In this document: piece after piece, positions 8,683 to 18,266 of the stretch
Layout of the letters: each line of letters begins with the position of its first letter
How positions within the stretch are numbered: position 1 is the first letter of the stretch
Source of the DNA: an uncultured Armatimonadia bacterium
Lineage (GTDB): Bacteria > Armatimonadota > Zipacnadia > UBA1398 > CAZMGT01
Length of the DNA stretch: 64,000 nucleotides
Assembly (NCBI GenBank): GCA_964565895.1
Contig: CAZMGT010000002.1
Location: 78,510-142,509 of the forward strand
Direction: 5' to 3'
Made by a program: the position numbers and the translations under genes
The notes under the pieces: model-generated
Databases searched by the model: none
What the model was told of the DNA's origin: nothing
The model's input: only the letters and a program-made list of their open reading frames with translations

Positions 8683-9818
8683 GCATTGTCCGAATGCTTT
8701 TCCGGGAGATCGCCCACCGCAAGCTGAACTTCATCCTGGGGCTGATCTCCGTCGTCGCCGCGGTGGCCTTGTTCGTCGCCGTGCTCACCATGTGCGAGGC
8801 GTCCAAACGCGAGACCACGCGGCTCATGCGCGACTTGGGGTTTAACGTGCTCATCGTCCCCAAAAACACCAACATGGCCGACTTTTGGAGCGAGGACTAC
8901 GCTGCGGAGGACATGCCCGAGGAATACGTTTACCGCTTGGCCAACGCCCCGATCATGACCATTCGCCACCTCGTGGCGCGGTTGCAAAGAAAGGTAGAGT
9001 GGCGGGGGCGAAAGATCTTGCTCACCGGCGTGCTCCCCGAGGTGCCGCAGAAGCACCTCAGCCCCAAGCCCCCGATGGGGCTAAACATCCCGCGGGGGTC
9101 GGTTTACGTGGGCCATGAGCTGGCGAAAAGCTTTAACATCAAAGTCGGGCAGAAGATCGATATCCTGGGCAAAAAGTTCACCGTCGCCCGGCTGCTCAAA
9201 GAAAGCGGAAGCAAGGACGACATTCGCATCTACGGCCACCTGCACGACATCCAAGAGGTGCTCGGCCTGCCCGGGCGGATTAACGAGATCGAGGCGCTTA
9301 GCTGCCGCTGCTTCGGCGATCGCTTGGCGAGCATCCGGCAAGACATCGCCGCCGTCCTCCCCGACACCCACGTTACGGAGTTTCGCACGAAAGCCATTGC
9401 CCGCGCCGAGACGCGCAAAATGGTCGAGCGCTACGCGGCGTTTATCATCCCCGCGGTGCTCGTGATGACCGCGGTGTGGATCGGCGTTCTCACGCTGATG
9501 AACGTGCGCGAGCGGCGCGAGGAGATCGGCATTTTGCGGGCGCTGGGCGTGGGCTCGGGGCCGATTGCTGCGTTGTTTATCGGCCGCGCGCTGGTTGTCG
9601 GGATCGTGGGCGCGGGGTTGGGTTTTGCGCTGGGGACGTGGGTTGCTCTGCGCGTGGGGCCGAATATATTCTCGCTTACGGCAAACAAAATTAGCCCGAT
9701 GTTTGCCCTGCTTGGCTGGTCGCTGGTCGGGGCGCCGCTGCTCTGCGCGTTGGCCAGCTACCTGCCGGCAATGGCTGCTGTGTTGCAAGATCCCGCGGAG
9801 GTGCTACAGGAAGAATAG
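8679..9818 (+). CDS. FtsX-like / MacB-LolC-type ABC transporter permease
   Basis: TM1 (ILGLISVVAAVALFVAVL) is followed by a roughly 220-aa extracytoplasmic domain and three C-terminal TM helices carrying the conserved GILRALG motif. It overlaps the upstream frame by 4 nt. Confidence 0.65.
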   Translation: MSIVRMLFREIAHRKLNFILGLISVVAAVALFVAVLTMCEASKRETTRLMRDLGFNVLIVPKNTNMADFWSEDYAAEDMPEEYVYRLANAPIMTIRHLVARLQRKVEWRGRKILLTGVLPEVPQKHLSPKPPMGLNIPRGSVYVGHELAKSFNIKVGQKIDILGKKFTVARLLKESGSKDDIRIYGHLHDIQEVLGLPGRINEIEALSCRCFGDRLASIRQDIAAVLPDTHVTEFRTKAIARAETRKMVERYAAFIIPAVLVMTAVWIGVLTLMNVRERREEIGILRALGVGSGPIAALFIGRALVVGIVGAGLGFALGTWVALRVGPNIFSLTANKISPMFALLGWSLVGAPLLCALASYLPAMAAVLQDPAEVLQEE

Positions 9819-9820
9819 CG

Positions 9821-10519
9821 ATGATTACCGTAGAGGACGTGAGCAAGGTTTTCTCGCGCGGTGAGGAGCAGGTGCGCGCGTTGGATGGCGTCTCGCTGTC
9901 TGTGGAGCGCGGGGAGTTCGTCGCCGTGCGCGGCCCGAGCGGCTCGGGCAAGACTACGCTGCTGCTCACCGTGGGCGGCATGGTCCGGCCGAGCGCGGGG
10001 CGCGTGGTTGTCGATGGCCAGGACGTCTACGCCCTATCTGCGCCCCAGCGCGCTGCGCTTAGGGCGGAGAAGATCGGCTTTGTCTTTCAAATGTTCCACC
10101 TCGTGCCCTATCTTTCTGTTTTGGAAAACGTGCTTATGCCGACGCTCGCCGGCTGCCGTGCGGGCCGCAAGGAGGCCGAGGAGCTGCTCGACTACCTCGG
10201 CCTGAGCCACCGCCTGCGCCATCGCCCGGCCGAGCTGAGCACGGGCGAGCGCCAGCGCGTGGCCATTGCCCGCGCGTTGTTAAAAAAGCCCGCGGTTATC
10301 CTTGCCGACGAGCCCACGGGCAACCTCGACCCGGACAACTCCGAGCAGGTGTTGCGCTACCTCGCCGACTTCCACCGCGGCGGGGGCACGGTGCTCCTCG
10401 TCTCGCACGAGCCGATTGCCGACCGCTACGCCGACCGTGTGCTATTTTTGCGCGCGGGCAAGCTGGTCGAGCCCAACGGGCCGGCGGCGGGGGCGGAGGC
10501 CCAAAGCCAGCCCGCCTAG
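9821..10519 (+). CDS. ABC transporter ATP-binding protein, LolD/MacB family
   Basis: Walker A is GPSGSGKT. The Q-loop and signature read [15 protein letters not shown] and [11 protein letters not shown]. It starts 3 nt after the permease. Confidence 0.7.
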   Translation: MITVEDVSKVFSRGEEQVRALDGVSLSVERGEFVAVRGPSGSGKTTLLLTVGGMVRPSAGRVVVDGQDVYALSAPQRAALRAEKIGFVFQMFHLVPYLSVLENVLMPTLAGCRAGRKEAEELLDYLGLSHRLRHRPAELSTGERQRVAIARALLKKPAVILADEPTGNLDPDNSEQVLRYLADFHRGGGTVLLVSHEPIADRYADRVLFLRAGKLVEPNGPAAGAEAQSQPA

Positions 10520-11673
10520 CGCAGCGGGTTAAGCCAAATGTCTAGCCGGGGCGTGTCCCAGTTGTAGGGCTTGCCCAGGACGTCCAGGTCGCCGTCGCCA
10601 TCGAGGTCGGCCAGCTTAGATTCGTGGTTGCCGTAGCCCACGGCGATGGTCGTCTTGCGGAAGTGGCCCTGGCCGTCGCCCAGCAAAAGCCACATTTGCG
10701 CGTCGTCGTTGCCTCCGTTCAGGCGCATCTCGGCGCAGAAAATATCGTTGTTCCCATCGCCGTTGACGTCGGCAATGGCCACGCTGTGCCCGTGGTCCAC
10801 GGCGATGCCCAGCGGGTCGTGCCCCACCCAGCGGCCAGCGCGCCACTCATACCACTTCAGCGGGCCGGTGCCGTCGCCGACGACGAAGGCGACCTCCGGC
10901 CGCCCGCCGGCGACGAGCTGGCCTGCTGCGCAGCGGGTAAAGCGTTGCTTGTCGTCGATTACCTCGGCGACGAACTTGCCCCCGCCCACGTGCTTAAACC
11001 AGCAGCCGCCGCCCACGATGTCCACCGTGCCGTCGAGGTCAATATCCGCCGCGGCAAGGCCCTCCGATTCGCGCGGCGAGGTGAATATTGGAGCATATGG
11101 CCAGGGCTCGGTGTTTTTCGGGTCGTCGGGGACCTCCGCAAAGAACAGCTTGTTCGCCCGCTGGTTCCAAAAGACAAGCTCGGGCTGGCCGTCGCCGTCG
11201 AAGTCGCCGAAGAGCTGGTCGTGGTGCTTTTTCGCGCCGGAGTTTTTGATCAGCCGGCGCTTCCAGGGCTTAGAGAAATCCGGCCGCGGGTTCTCCCACC
11301 ACCACACCTCGTTGCTTCGGCTGTCGCCGCCCATGACGATGTCTAAGTCCCCGTCCTTGTCGATGTCGCAATATGCCCCGCCGGCCTCGATGGGCAGCAC
11401 CCCGGGCTCGATGACCCGCCTCTGCCAGCCGCCGGCCGTGCGCCGATACCAAACGAGCGCCGGCCCCGCCCTGCGGCAGCCAATGACGATATCGTTTAAC
11501 CCGTCGCCGTCCACATCGAACACGAGCGACGCCGTCTGCTGCTTGGACTTGCTCGGCGGCTCTAAGTCGCCCGTCCTGCTAGAGAGGTGCTTCCATGTCG
11601 GCTGCGCGGCCAAGCCAAGCGCAGCGAGCGCCGGCAGGCAGGCCGCAACAAGCGCCAATTTCCGCGCGCGCAT
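10516..11673 (-). CDS. secreted FG-GAP / VCBS-like repeat protein
   Basis: The signal peptide is LALVAACLPALAALGLAA. Repeated DxDGDGxxD(I/L) calcium-binding turns appear (DVDGDGLNDIV, DIDKDGDLDIV, DFDGDGQPELV, DVNGDGNNDIF, DLDGDGDLDVL). It converges on, and overlaps by 4 nt, the ABC ATPase stop. Confidence 0.6.
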   Translation of the reverse strand: MRARKLALVAACLPALAALGLAAQPTWKHLSSRTGDLEPPSKSKQQTASLVFDVDGDGLNDIVIGCRRAGPALVWYRRTAGGWQRRVIEPGVLPIEAGGAYCDIDKDGDLDIVMGGDSRSNEVWWWENPRPDFSKPWKRRLIKNSGAKKHHDQLFGDFDGDGQPELVFWNQRANKLFFAEVPDDPKNTEPWPYAPIFTSPRESEGLAAADIDLDGTVDIVGGGCWFKHVGGGKFVAEVIDDKQRFTRCAAGQLVAGGRPEVAFVVGDGTGPLKWYEWRAGRWVGHDPLGIAVDHGHSVAIADVNGDGNNDIFCAEMRLNGGNDDAQMWLLLGDGQGHFRKTTIAVGYGNHESKLADLDGDGDLDVLGKPYNWDTPRLDIWLNPLR

Positions 11674-11718
11674 CTGCCGCTCACCTCCGGTTGGGCGAAG
11701 AAAAGATGCTCCGCGGCG

Positions 11719-13953
11719 TCATTGCCCTGCGCTATAGATAATCGCCGGCTTTACGATGCCCCCGAGGGCAAGCTCGGTCATTCGCCGGTGGTCTACGCAA
11801 ACCGCGATAACATTGACCTTCCCCGGCCGCGCTACCTGCGAAATGTCTACCTCAAACGGCTTGCGCCGCTTCTCGCTCTGGCCCACCTTCCGCCCGTTAA
11901 CGTAAACGGTGGCCAACCCGTCGATCTCGGCAAACCACAGGCGCAGGCGTTCGCGCGGGGCGTCCGGGGGAATGGTTACCCGCGTGCGATACCACATCCA
12001 AGTAAAGCGGTCGGGCAGGCCTTGGTTGCCCAGCGTCGCTGAGTACGTGGCCACCTCGCGCCAGCCGCTGTCGTCAAACCCGGGCTCGGCAAATCCGCGC
12101 TCCTCGCCAACGCCCTCCTCGTCGTAGGCCAGCCGCCAGCGGTCGGGCAGTTGCAGGACGAGGCGGTTCGGCGGCGTGGTGCGCTGATATCCTTCTTCGA
12201 TCGCCGGCGCGAGGAACCGCTCCACATAGCCCGGCGTATAGTGGTTTACCAGCCCCTCGTCGAGCAGGTTTTTCAGGTGCGCGCGCAGCTCGTCAAGCGT
12301 CTTTTTCGCCGCGGCAAAGTCCGCGCGGTTTGTCGCCTCGAAAATCGCCCGATAGTACTTCGCGTTCTCCAGCCCGCGCAAGAACATGCGCACGCGCTCT
12401 CGCTGAACGTCGCTTTGCGCGGCGGCGAGCGCTTGGTTTAGGTCGCGCTCGCACTGGGCGAGCAGCTCCGGCGTATATATGCGGTCAAGCCCGAAGAAGC
12501 AGCCGGCGTGGGTTGCGGTTGTCGCAAATGCGCGGTCGATGCGCTCCCAATAGCGTTTAACATGGGCCGCCGCGGGGCCGAAGAGCTTGGTGTAAAAGTC
12601 GTCCATAATTGCCGCGGGGTCCTGCCTGGGGTCCCAGGCAAGCCGCGCGCTGAGGTAAATGTGCGGCGCGTAGATGCACCAGGAGTTAATCGTCTCCAGA
12701 TTGAGCGCCTCAAAGCCAAGCTTTTTCAGCAAGGGAATATCGTGCGCGTAGATGGAAACCTTGGAAAACGGTACGAGGCACTCCGCCAAGTTGTACTCGT
12801 AGCCCCTGTAGCCCTTGCGCGAAACATAGCGGTCCCAGCCTCGGATGATCTCAAGCAGGCGCTTGCGCGAGGGGCAAATGTCGCTCCCGATGGCGTGCAG
12901 CCGGCAGAAGCGAATGGGGGCGAGCCACATCATAAGGTTCGGCGGGGCGTGCTCTGCATGGCGCGGGGGAAGCGTGTAGTCGGAATAGGCGTAAAAGCAG
13001 AGGATTTTCTCGGGGAACCGCTGCGCAACGCGCCGCGCGACTTCGTTGAAAAACACCATAAACCGGTCCGACATGCACACCGTCCCGCTGGAGGGGTCGA
13101 TGTATGTCGGGTCGTCCAGGGCGCGGCAGTTTGCGCACTGGCAAAAGTGGCGGCCGTCGTCTGGGCTGAGCGAGGCGGAGACGAGCTCTGGGTTGGCCTC
13201 AAACCGCCGGATAATGTTTTCCGCAACAAGCCGCACAACATCGGGGTTTGAGGTGCACAACTGCCCTGGCGCGCGCCGGCCGTCTACCAGAGGATAGTAC
13301 TCCGGGTGCGTGTCGAAATACTGCTTTGGGGGCAGGAGGCGCGACCAGGCGTGGCCCGTCTCCAGGCGCAGCCCGCCCACGCGGTTCCACAGCTTCCAGC
13401 GCGACTCGCGCGCCCAGCGGCTGCCCCAAATCTTGCGTGTGCAAAACGCCGGCCTTTGCTCAACGTCGAGCGCGGGCAAGCGCACCGTGCTCGCCCGGGG
13501 GACGACTTCGCCCAGCGGGTGGTCGAAAAACAGCCGAAACCCCAGCCTCTCGAGCAGGGCAAACGCGCCATAGAGCACGGCGCGCGGCGACTCGCCGGCG
13601 ATGAGCACGCGGCCGTCCTCTACGCGAAGGCGAAAGCCCTCCCTGCTCAAGCTCTGCCCGGCAACGGTTAGTCCGGCGCGCTCGGCCAGCTCGCCCAAAA
13701 GCACAGGCACGGGCTCCTCGGGCACCGCCCTCCCCGCCGGCCACTGCCGCACGGCAAGCCTCGCCCCGGACATTTTCTCAATCGCCGCGGCAAGCTCTTC
13801 CGCAGCGCGCTGCACATCCTGCGGCGCCCCCTCGGCGATATATATCGCTGCCCGCGCCTGCCCGCGCTCCACAAGCGTGCACTCGCCGAACGCAGCACCG
13901 GCCAGGGCAAACAGCAACACCAAGAGCACCACGCTGCGCGGCATGGCCGTCAT
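11719..13953 (-). CDS. secreted DUF4838-like protein with a C-terminal GH2-type sugar-binding (galactose-binding-like) domain
   Basis: A signal peptide is present. The N-terminal region is typical of PVC DUF4838 proteins. The C-terminus has WMWYRTRVTIP..LWFAEIDGLATVYVNGRKVG (jelly-roll of GH2 N-terminal domains). This is a family-level call only. Confidence 0.45.
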   Translation of the reverse strand: MTAMPRSVVLLVLLFALAGAAFGECTLVERGQARAAIYIAEGAPQDVQRAAEELAAAIEKMSGARLAVRQWPAGRAVPEEPVPVLLGELAERAGLTVAGQSLSREGFRLRVEDGRVLIAGESPRAVLYGAFALLERLGFRLFFDHPLGEVVPRASTVRLPALDVEQRPAFCTRKIWGSRWARESRWKLWNRVGGLRLETGHAWSRLLPPKQYFDTHPEYYPLVDGRRAPGQLCTSNPDVVRLVAENIIRRFEANPELVSASLSPDDGRHFCQCANCRALDDPTYIDPSSGTVCMSDRFMVFFNEVARRVAQRFPEKILCFYAYSDYTLPPRHAEHAPPNLMMWLAPIRFCRLHAIGSDICPSRKRLLEIIRGWDRYVSRKGYRGYEYNLAECLVPFSKVSIYAHDIPLLKKLGFEALNLETINSWCIYAPHIYLSARLAWDPRQDPAAIMDDFYTKLFGPAAAHVKRYWERIDRAFATTATHAGCFFGLDRIYTPELLAQCERDLNQALAAAQSDVQRERVRMFLRGLENAKYYRAIFEATNRADFAAAKKTLDELRAHLKNLLDEGLVNHYTPGYVERFLAPAIEEGYQRTTPPNRLVLQLPDRWRLAYDEEGVGEERGFAEPGFDDSGWREVATYSATLGNQGLPDRFTWMWYRTRVTIPPDAPRERLRLWFAEIDGLATVYVNGRKVGQSEKRRKPFEVDISQVARPGKVNVIAVCVDHRRMTELALGGIVKPAIIYSAGQ

Positions 13954-14282
13954 CCCGTTTTCATGATTTGCGCTAAGTGCTGAACCTCGTCGAGCTCGAT
14001 GCTGCGCAGAAAAAACTCCGCCTGCTGCTTAATGTAGTGCGCGGAGAGCCACAAGCACAAGAGGCACAGCAAAACGAGCGCCCCAAGCGTGGCCGGCACA
14101 AGAACGGCTAGGCTTGCCCAAAATGCCTGGCCCCGTGTTGGCCTGCGCCCTTCGGGCAGCGCCGCTCGCCGGCGCAAACTTAGCCAGCACGCGGCGCCGA
14201 GCCACAGGAGAACCGTTCCGCATGCCGCGCCGCCAAACGCCGCGAGGAAGAGCATGGGGTCGCGCTCTCGCCCCTGCCGCAA
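13950..14282 (-). CDS. small two-helix membrane protein, hypothetical
   Basis: Hydrophobic segments are FLAAFGGAACGTVLLWLGAACWL and LAVLVPATLGALVLLCLLCLWL. It overlaps the downstream DUF4838 gene by 4 nt, so it is in-operon. The start is uncertain. Confidence 0.35.
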   Translation of the reverse strand: MRQGRERDPMLFLAAFGGAACGTVLLWLGAACWLSLRRRAALPEGRRPTRGQAFWASLAVLVPATLGALVLLCLLCLWLSAHYIKQQAEFFLRSIELDEVQHLAQIMKTG

Positions 14283-14433
14283 TAGGACTCAGGCGAGCAA
14301 ATAGTCAGCCGCGGCGTGTTGCTTGTCCGCTCGGCGCAGGTTGCCGACCAACGCGCCCGCGGGCAAGCTGTCCAGCGCGCCGGCTCCTACGCGTTTGCTT
14401 AAACCGCGGCCGAGGATGCGCAGGCGAGCTGCC

Positions 14434-15741
14434 CTACTGCCCCTCGCGCAGGGTAAACTTTATCGGCTGGCCCTCGCGGTCGGTAATCCGCGCGACAAGG
14501 CCCCACCGCCCACGCCCCTGCAGAACCTTAAACAGCAGCTTGTTTACCCCGGCCTCAAGCCGCGCTTGAACGACGTCCTGGTCGACCTTCAGCCCCCGCG
14601 TAACGTTGATCGCGTGAATGCGCTTGCCGTTGAGGTAAACCACAACGCCGTCGTCGCTGCCCAGCTTAAGCAAAACGTCCTGCGCCTGGGGAACGGTTAC
14701 CTCGGCGTAGACGAATGCGCAGACATTGTCCAACCGACCGACGGCGCGCTCCAAGTCAACGTGCCCGTCGCCGGGATCGCCGTTGACAAATTTCCACGCG
14801 ATCTCCCGCTGCTCTCCGGCCACGGTTACCGTGTACTTGGCGCCCAGGTCCACGCCCTGCTCCGGGGGCAGCGTCTGCTCAAATGCCGCGCCGCCCTTAT
14901 TGGGCCAGGGCCCGATGACGAACCACTTGCTCAGGAATCCCTGCAGCGCGCAGAGGTCCGTGCCCGGCGCGGGCCAGTTGTCGGGAATGGGAATGGTTAC
15001 CTCGCCCGTGGCCGCCCACTCCGTCCCGCGGCGGACGACCGTTTTAAACGGGACATCGTGCGCGCGCAGGTCGTGGCCCATAACCACTTGGAACACGCGC
15101 CCCTTGCCGTAGTTGACCGTCCAGAACATGGGCTCGTCGCGCCCTGTGCCCCGCGTCTTGGGGTCGGAATACGCTGTGGCGAGCAGGGTAATGTTCTCCT
15201 GCATGCGCAGCCGGTGATAGAGCTCGTCGATGCTGTGCTGAAAGTCGGGCATGTCGCGGGTGATCGGGTGCTCGTGGTTTACGATTTTTACCACATAGGA
15301 ATGCTTCGCTCCGTGGCCCGAGCCCTTGCGCCAGGCGCCACCGATGAGCTTCTCGTATTCCGGCCAGTCGGGAAACGCGTTGTTTGCGGCGTGAATGACG
15401 ACGAACCCGCCCCCCTCGCGCACATACTGGAGCAGGCCCTGCTCCGCGGCTTCGCCCCAGCGCGGGCCGTTGTAGTCGCTGAGCAGGGCGTCGTACTGCT
15501 TAAACGTCTCCAGCGTGCACTTGGCGGGCTCATAGGTAATGTCGCAGACAAACCGCCCGCAGCTTTCTAAGATCTCTTTCAGCGCGGGGGTCGTCTTGCG
15601 CCAATCGTGGTTGTTCGCGCCGGAGAGAATAAGGATTTTCAGCTTTCGCGGCTGCTCCTGAGCAGCCGCCGCGGAGGCCATTGCCCCCAGAGCGAAACAC
15701 AAACACAAACCAGCGACAAAGCAACGCACAACGCGGCTCAT
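14434..15741 (-). CDS. ThuA-family (class I glutamine-amidotransferase-like) secreted protein with a C-terminal beta-sandwich domain
   Basis: The signal peptide is MSRVVRCFVAGLCLCFALGAMASAAAA. The ThuA core is KILILSGANNHDW...GGGFVVIHAANNAF...FWTVNYGKGRVFQ. I moved the start to the internal ATG at 15741. Confidence 0.6.
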   Translation of the reverse strand: MSRVVRCFVAGLCLCFALGAMASAAAAQEQPRKLKILILSGANNHDWRKTTPALKEILESCGRFVCDITYEPAKCTLETFKQYDALLSDYNGPRWGEAAEQGLLQYVREGGGFVVIHAANNAFPDWPEYEKLIGGAWRKGSGHGAKHSYVVKIVNHEHPITRDMPDFQHSIDELYHRLRMQENITLLATAYSDPKTRGTGRDEPMFWTVNYGKGRVFQVVMGHDLRAHDVPFKTVVRRGTEWAATGEVTIPIPDNWPAPGTDLCALQGFLSKWFVIGPWPNKGGAAFEQTLPPEQGVDLGAKYTVTVAGEQREIAWKFVNGDPGDGHVDLERAVGRLDNVCAFVYAEVTVPQAQDVLLKLGSDDGVVVYLNGKRIHAINVTRGLKVDQDVVQARLEAGVNKLLFKVLQGRGRWGLVARITDREGQPIKFTLREGQ

Positions 15742-15790
15742 GTGGCGACATCTCCCGTTCCAAGCAGTGGCGCACAAGCCTGCGCAGGGG

Positions 15791-16657
15791 CTACTTTCCC
15801 GCGATAATCAGGTCCACGCGCTGGCTTAGGTCGCGCAGGACCTCCTCGCTTCCCCCGCGCACCTCCGGGGTGACGAAGCCGGAGTAGCCGACCTCGGCCA
15901 GCGCGCGGCGCACCTCCGGCCAGTTCACGTCGCCCTCGCGCAGGGGAACGAACTTGTGCGCCCTGCGGCTGTAGTCCTTTAGGTGGACCTTCTTAATCCG
16001 CTTGCCCAGCGTGCGAATCCAGTCCTCCGGCCAGCCGTACTTAACGATGTTCCCCACGTCGAAGTACGCCCCGACATAGGGGCTTTCGAACTCGTCTACG
16101 TAGCGCGCGAACTCGATCGGGCTGAGCAAAAAGTTGTTCCACACGTTCTCGATGGCGATGATTACCTTTAGCTCCTCGGCGAGGGGCACGAGCGGGCGAA
16201 TGTTCTCCTGCGAGCGTTTGTAGGCGTCGGCATAGCGCGTTTTGGCGTTGACGATCGCGGGGACGAGGAGCACGGCGTCGGCGCCCAGGTCCTTCGCCGT
16301 GTGCAGGGCGCGGCGCACGCCGTCCTGCCCCCGCTGAACGACCTTCGGGTCGGCGCTGGACAGGGGCGCGCCCCAGCCGCCGTACATGATGGAGTGGATG
16401 CGAATACCCGCGGCCTCGGCCGCGGCGCGCATTTCTTCGCGCGGCTTGCCCTCGCCCAGAGGATAGGCTTCCACGCCCTCAAAACCCAGGCGGCGGGCCA
16501 GCCTAAACCGCTCTTCGAGGCTTAACTCCTTGGGCAGCATGCCCAAGATGAGGGCCTTTTTCAGCGGGGGCATTTGCTCCTGCGCCTGCGCTTCGCCAAG
16601 CGCCGCAGAAGCAACGCCCAGCGCGGCCGCGGCCCTGAGAAACTCTCGCCGGTTCAT
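15791..16657 (-). CDS. sugar phosphate isomerase/epimerase (xylose-isomerase-like TIM barrel), Tat-exported
   Basis: The Tat motif MNRREFLRAAAALG follows a GGAGGAGAAC RBS. TIM-barrel motifs GFEGVE and IAIEN are present. The ORF-track N-terminal extension is rejected. Confidence 0.65.
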   Translation of the reverse strand: MNRREFLRAAAALGVASAALGEAQAQEQMPPLKKALILGMLPKELSLEERFRLARRLGFEGVEAYPLGEGKPREEMRAAAEAAGIRIHSIMYGGWGAPLSSADPKVVQRGQDGVRRALHTAKDLGADAVLLVPAIVNAKTRYADAYKRSQENIRPLVPLAEELKVIIAIENVWNNFLLSPIEFARYVDEFESPYVGAYFDVGNIVKYGWPEDWIRTLGKRIKKVHLKDYSRRAHKFVPLREGDVNWPEVRRALAEVGYSGFVTPEVRGGSEEVLRDLSQRVDLIIAGK

Positions 16658-16688
16658 CGTTCTCCTCCCCCTTCTTAAACGACGGGCC

Positions 16689-18047
16689 CTACGCCTGCTT
16701 CGGGGTAACCCAGTTCGCCTCAACTTCCTCGCGCGTCACGGGGAGCTTCCACGGCTCGCGATACTTCGGCCACACCATGTCGTTCGCTTCCTTGTCGTCG
16801 GGAATGGTCCCCGTCTTGTCGTCCCAGCGCACCTTCCGGCCGACCCAAAGCGAGATGTGGCCCAAGTTCAGCGCGATGTGCACGGGGTAGTGGTACTCCA
16901 CATTGCAGCAGGGCAGCTCGCGTGAGCGCACGCAGTCGATGAACTGGCGCTGGTGCCCGGGCGACTCGGGGAGGAACGGCTCCGGCAGCTCCGGGGGCTT
17001 CTTCGGCGTCTCGGGGATAACCTCGAGGTTGCCGTAGTCGGCGACGAGCGTGCCATACAGCCCCTGGAACCTAATGCTCAGGCGGCGGCCGCGGTTGGGC
17101 GGGTTGCCGAAGCCGAAGTTATAGCTGTTGCCCGCGGTGTGGTGCCAGGTCATGATCATGTCCGGGAACTCCCAGAGGACGTCCAACGTGTCCGGAATGT
17201 CGCTGATGTCGTCGATGACGAACTTGCCCCCTGCGGCGCTTGCGGAAAGGGGCGGGCCGGCCTTTGTCCCCCAAAAGGCGAGGTCTACAATGTGCGGGCC
17301 CATCTCGTGCAGCCAGCTCCCCACGTAGTCCTTAAAGTAGCGGTGGACGCGAAAGCGCGCCGGGTTAAACGGGACATAGGGGGCGGGACCGAGCCAGCGG
17401 TCCCAATCTACATCGGCCGGGGGCTCGGTGTCCGCGGGCTTGCCCACGCCCTTGGGCGCTTCGTTGGTGGTGAAAAAGTTGCGCACGCAGGAGATCTTGC
17501 CCAAGCAGCCGGACTGGGCGATCTCCGCCGCGCGCCGGTAGTTTGCCGTGGAGTGGATTTGCGTGCCGATTTGCGTAACGCGCTTGTATTTGCGCGCCGC
17601 CCAAACCATAGCCCGCGCCTCGCCCGGGAGCCGGCACATAGGCTTTTCGCAGTAAACATCCTTGCCTGCCATGCACGCCGAGACAAAGAGCAAGGCATGC
17701 CAGTGGGGAGGCGTAGCAATGACCACGGCGTCCACGTTGTCGTCGGCGAGGAGGTCCTCGTAGTTATGATAGCCCTTGGCCTTGCCCCCCGCGCGGGCGA
17801 TGGCCCGCTCCAGGCGCGACTTCACTAGGTCAGAGATGGCCACGACCTCGATGTCGCCGAGCTTCAAAAACTGCGTAAGCAGAGACATCCCTCGGCCGCC
17901 CACGCCGATGAACCCCAGGCCCACCTTTTCGTTGGCGGCCGCCTGAGCCACTGCCGTAGACTTAACCACAGTCAGCCCCAAGCCCGCGGCAGCGGCCAGG
18001 CGCGAGGACTTGCTCAAAAACTCCCTCCGGCTAATGCGCTTGCTCAC
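16689..18047 (-). CDS. Gfo/Idh/MocA-family NAD(P)-dependent oxidoreductase, Tat-exported
   Basis: The Tat motif is SRREFLSKSSRLAAAAGLG. The Rossmann motif is GLGFIGVGGRG, with a GTG start. Confidence 0.7.
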   Translation of the reverse strand: MSKRISRREFLSKSSRLAAAAGLGLTVVKSTAVAQAAANEKVGLGFIGVGGRGMSLLTQFLKLGDIEVVAISDLVKSRLERAIARAGGKAKGYHNYEDLLADDNVDAVVIATPPHWHALLFVSACMAGKDVYCEKPMCRLPGEARAMVWAARKYKRVTQIGTQIHSTANYRRAAEIAQSGCLGKISCVRNFFTTNEAPKGVGKPADTEPPADVDWDRWLGPAPYVPFNPARFRVHRYFKDYVGSWLHEMGPHIVDLAFWGTKAGPPLSASAAGGKFVIDDISDIPDTLDVLWEFPDMIMTWHHTAGNSYNFGFGNPPNRGRRLSIRFQGLYGTLVADYGNLEVIPETPKKPPELPEPFLPESPGHQRQFIDCVRSRELPCCNVEYHYPVHIALNLGHISLWVGRKVRWDDKTGTIPDDKEANDMVWPKYREPWKLPVTREEVEANWVTPKQA

Positions 18048-18266
18048 TTTCGCTCAACTCCCCTTTCGCAACATCTCAGCTTGTCCGTGGGGCCGAGAGG
18101 CGCGGCGAAGTTGAAAACCAATGCCAACTTCTCGCCCCCCGCGCTATCTCCTTCGGGCCCGAGAACTTCGCCCAAACCCCTGCCCTCCGCCCCGCGCCCC
18201 GCGATCTGCTATAATTGTCCTGCGTTCGCTGTCAACCGGCGAGAGATTGATTGAAGTGAACGGACA

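Noticed and set aside
18210-18215. An isolated perfect TATAAT upstream of the TIGR03960 radical SAM gene as a promoter
   Set aside because: No recognisable -35 at appropriate spacing. Kept only as a remark.
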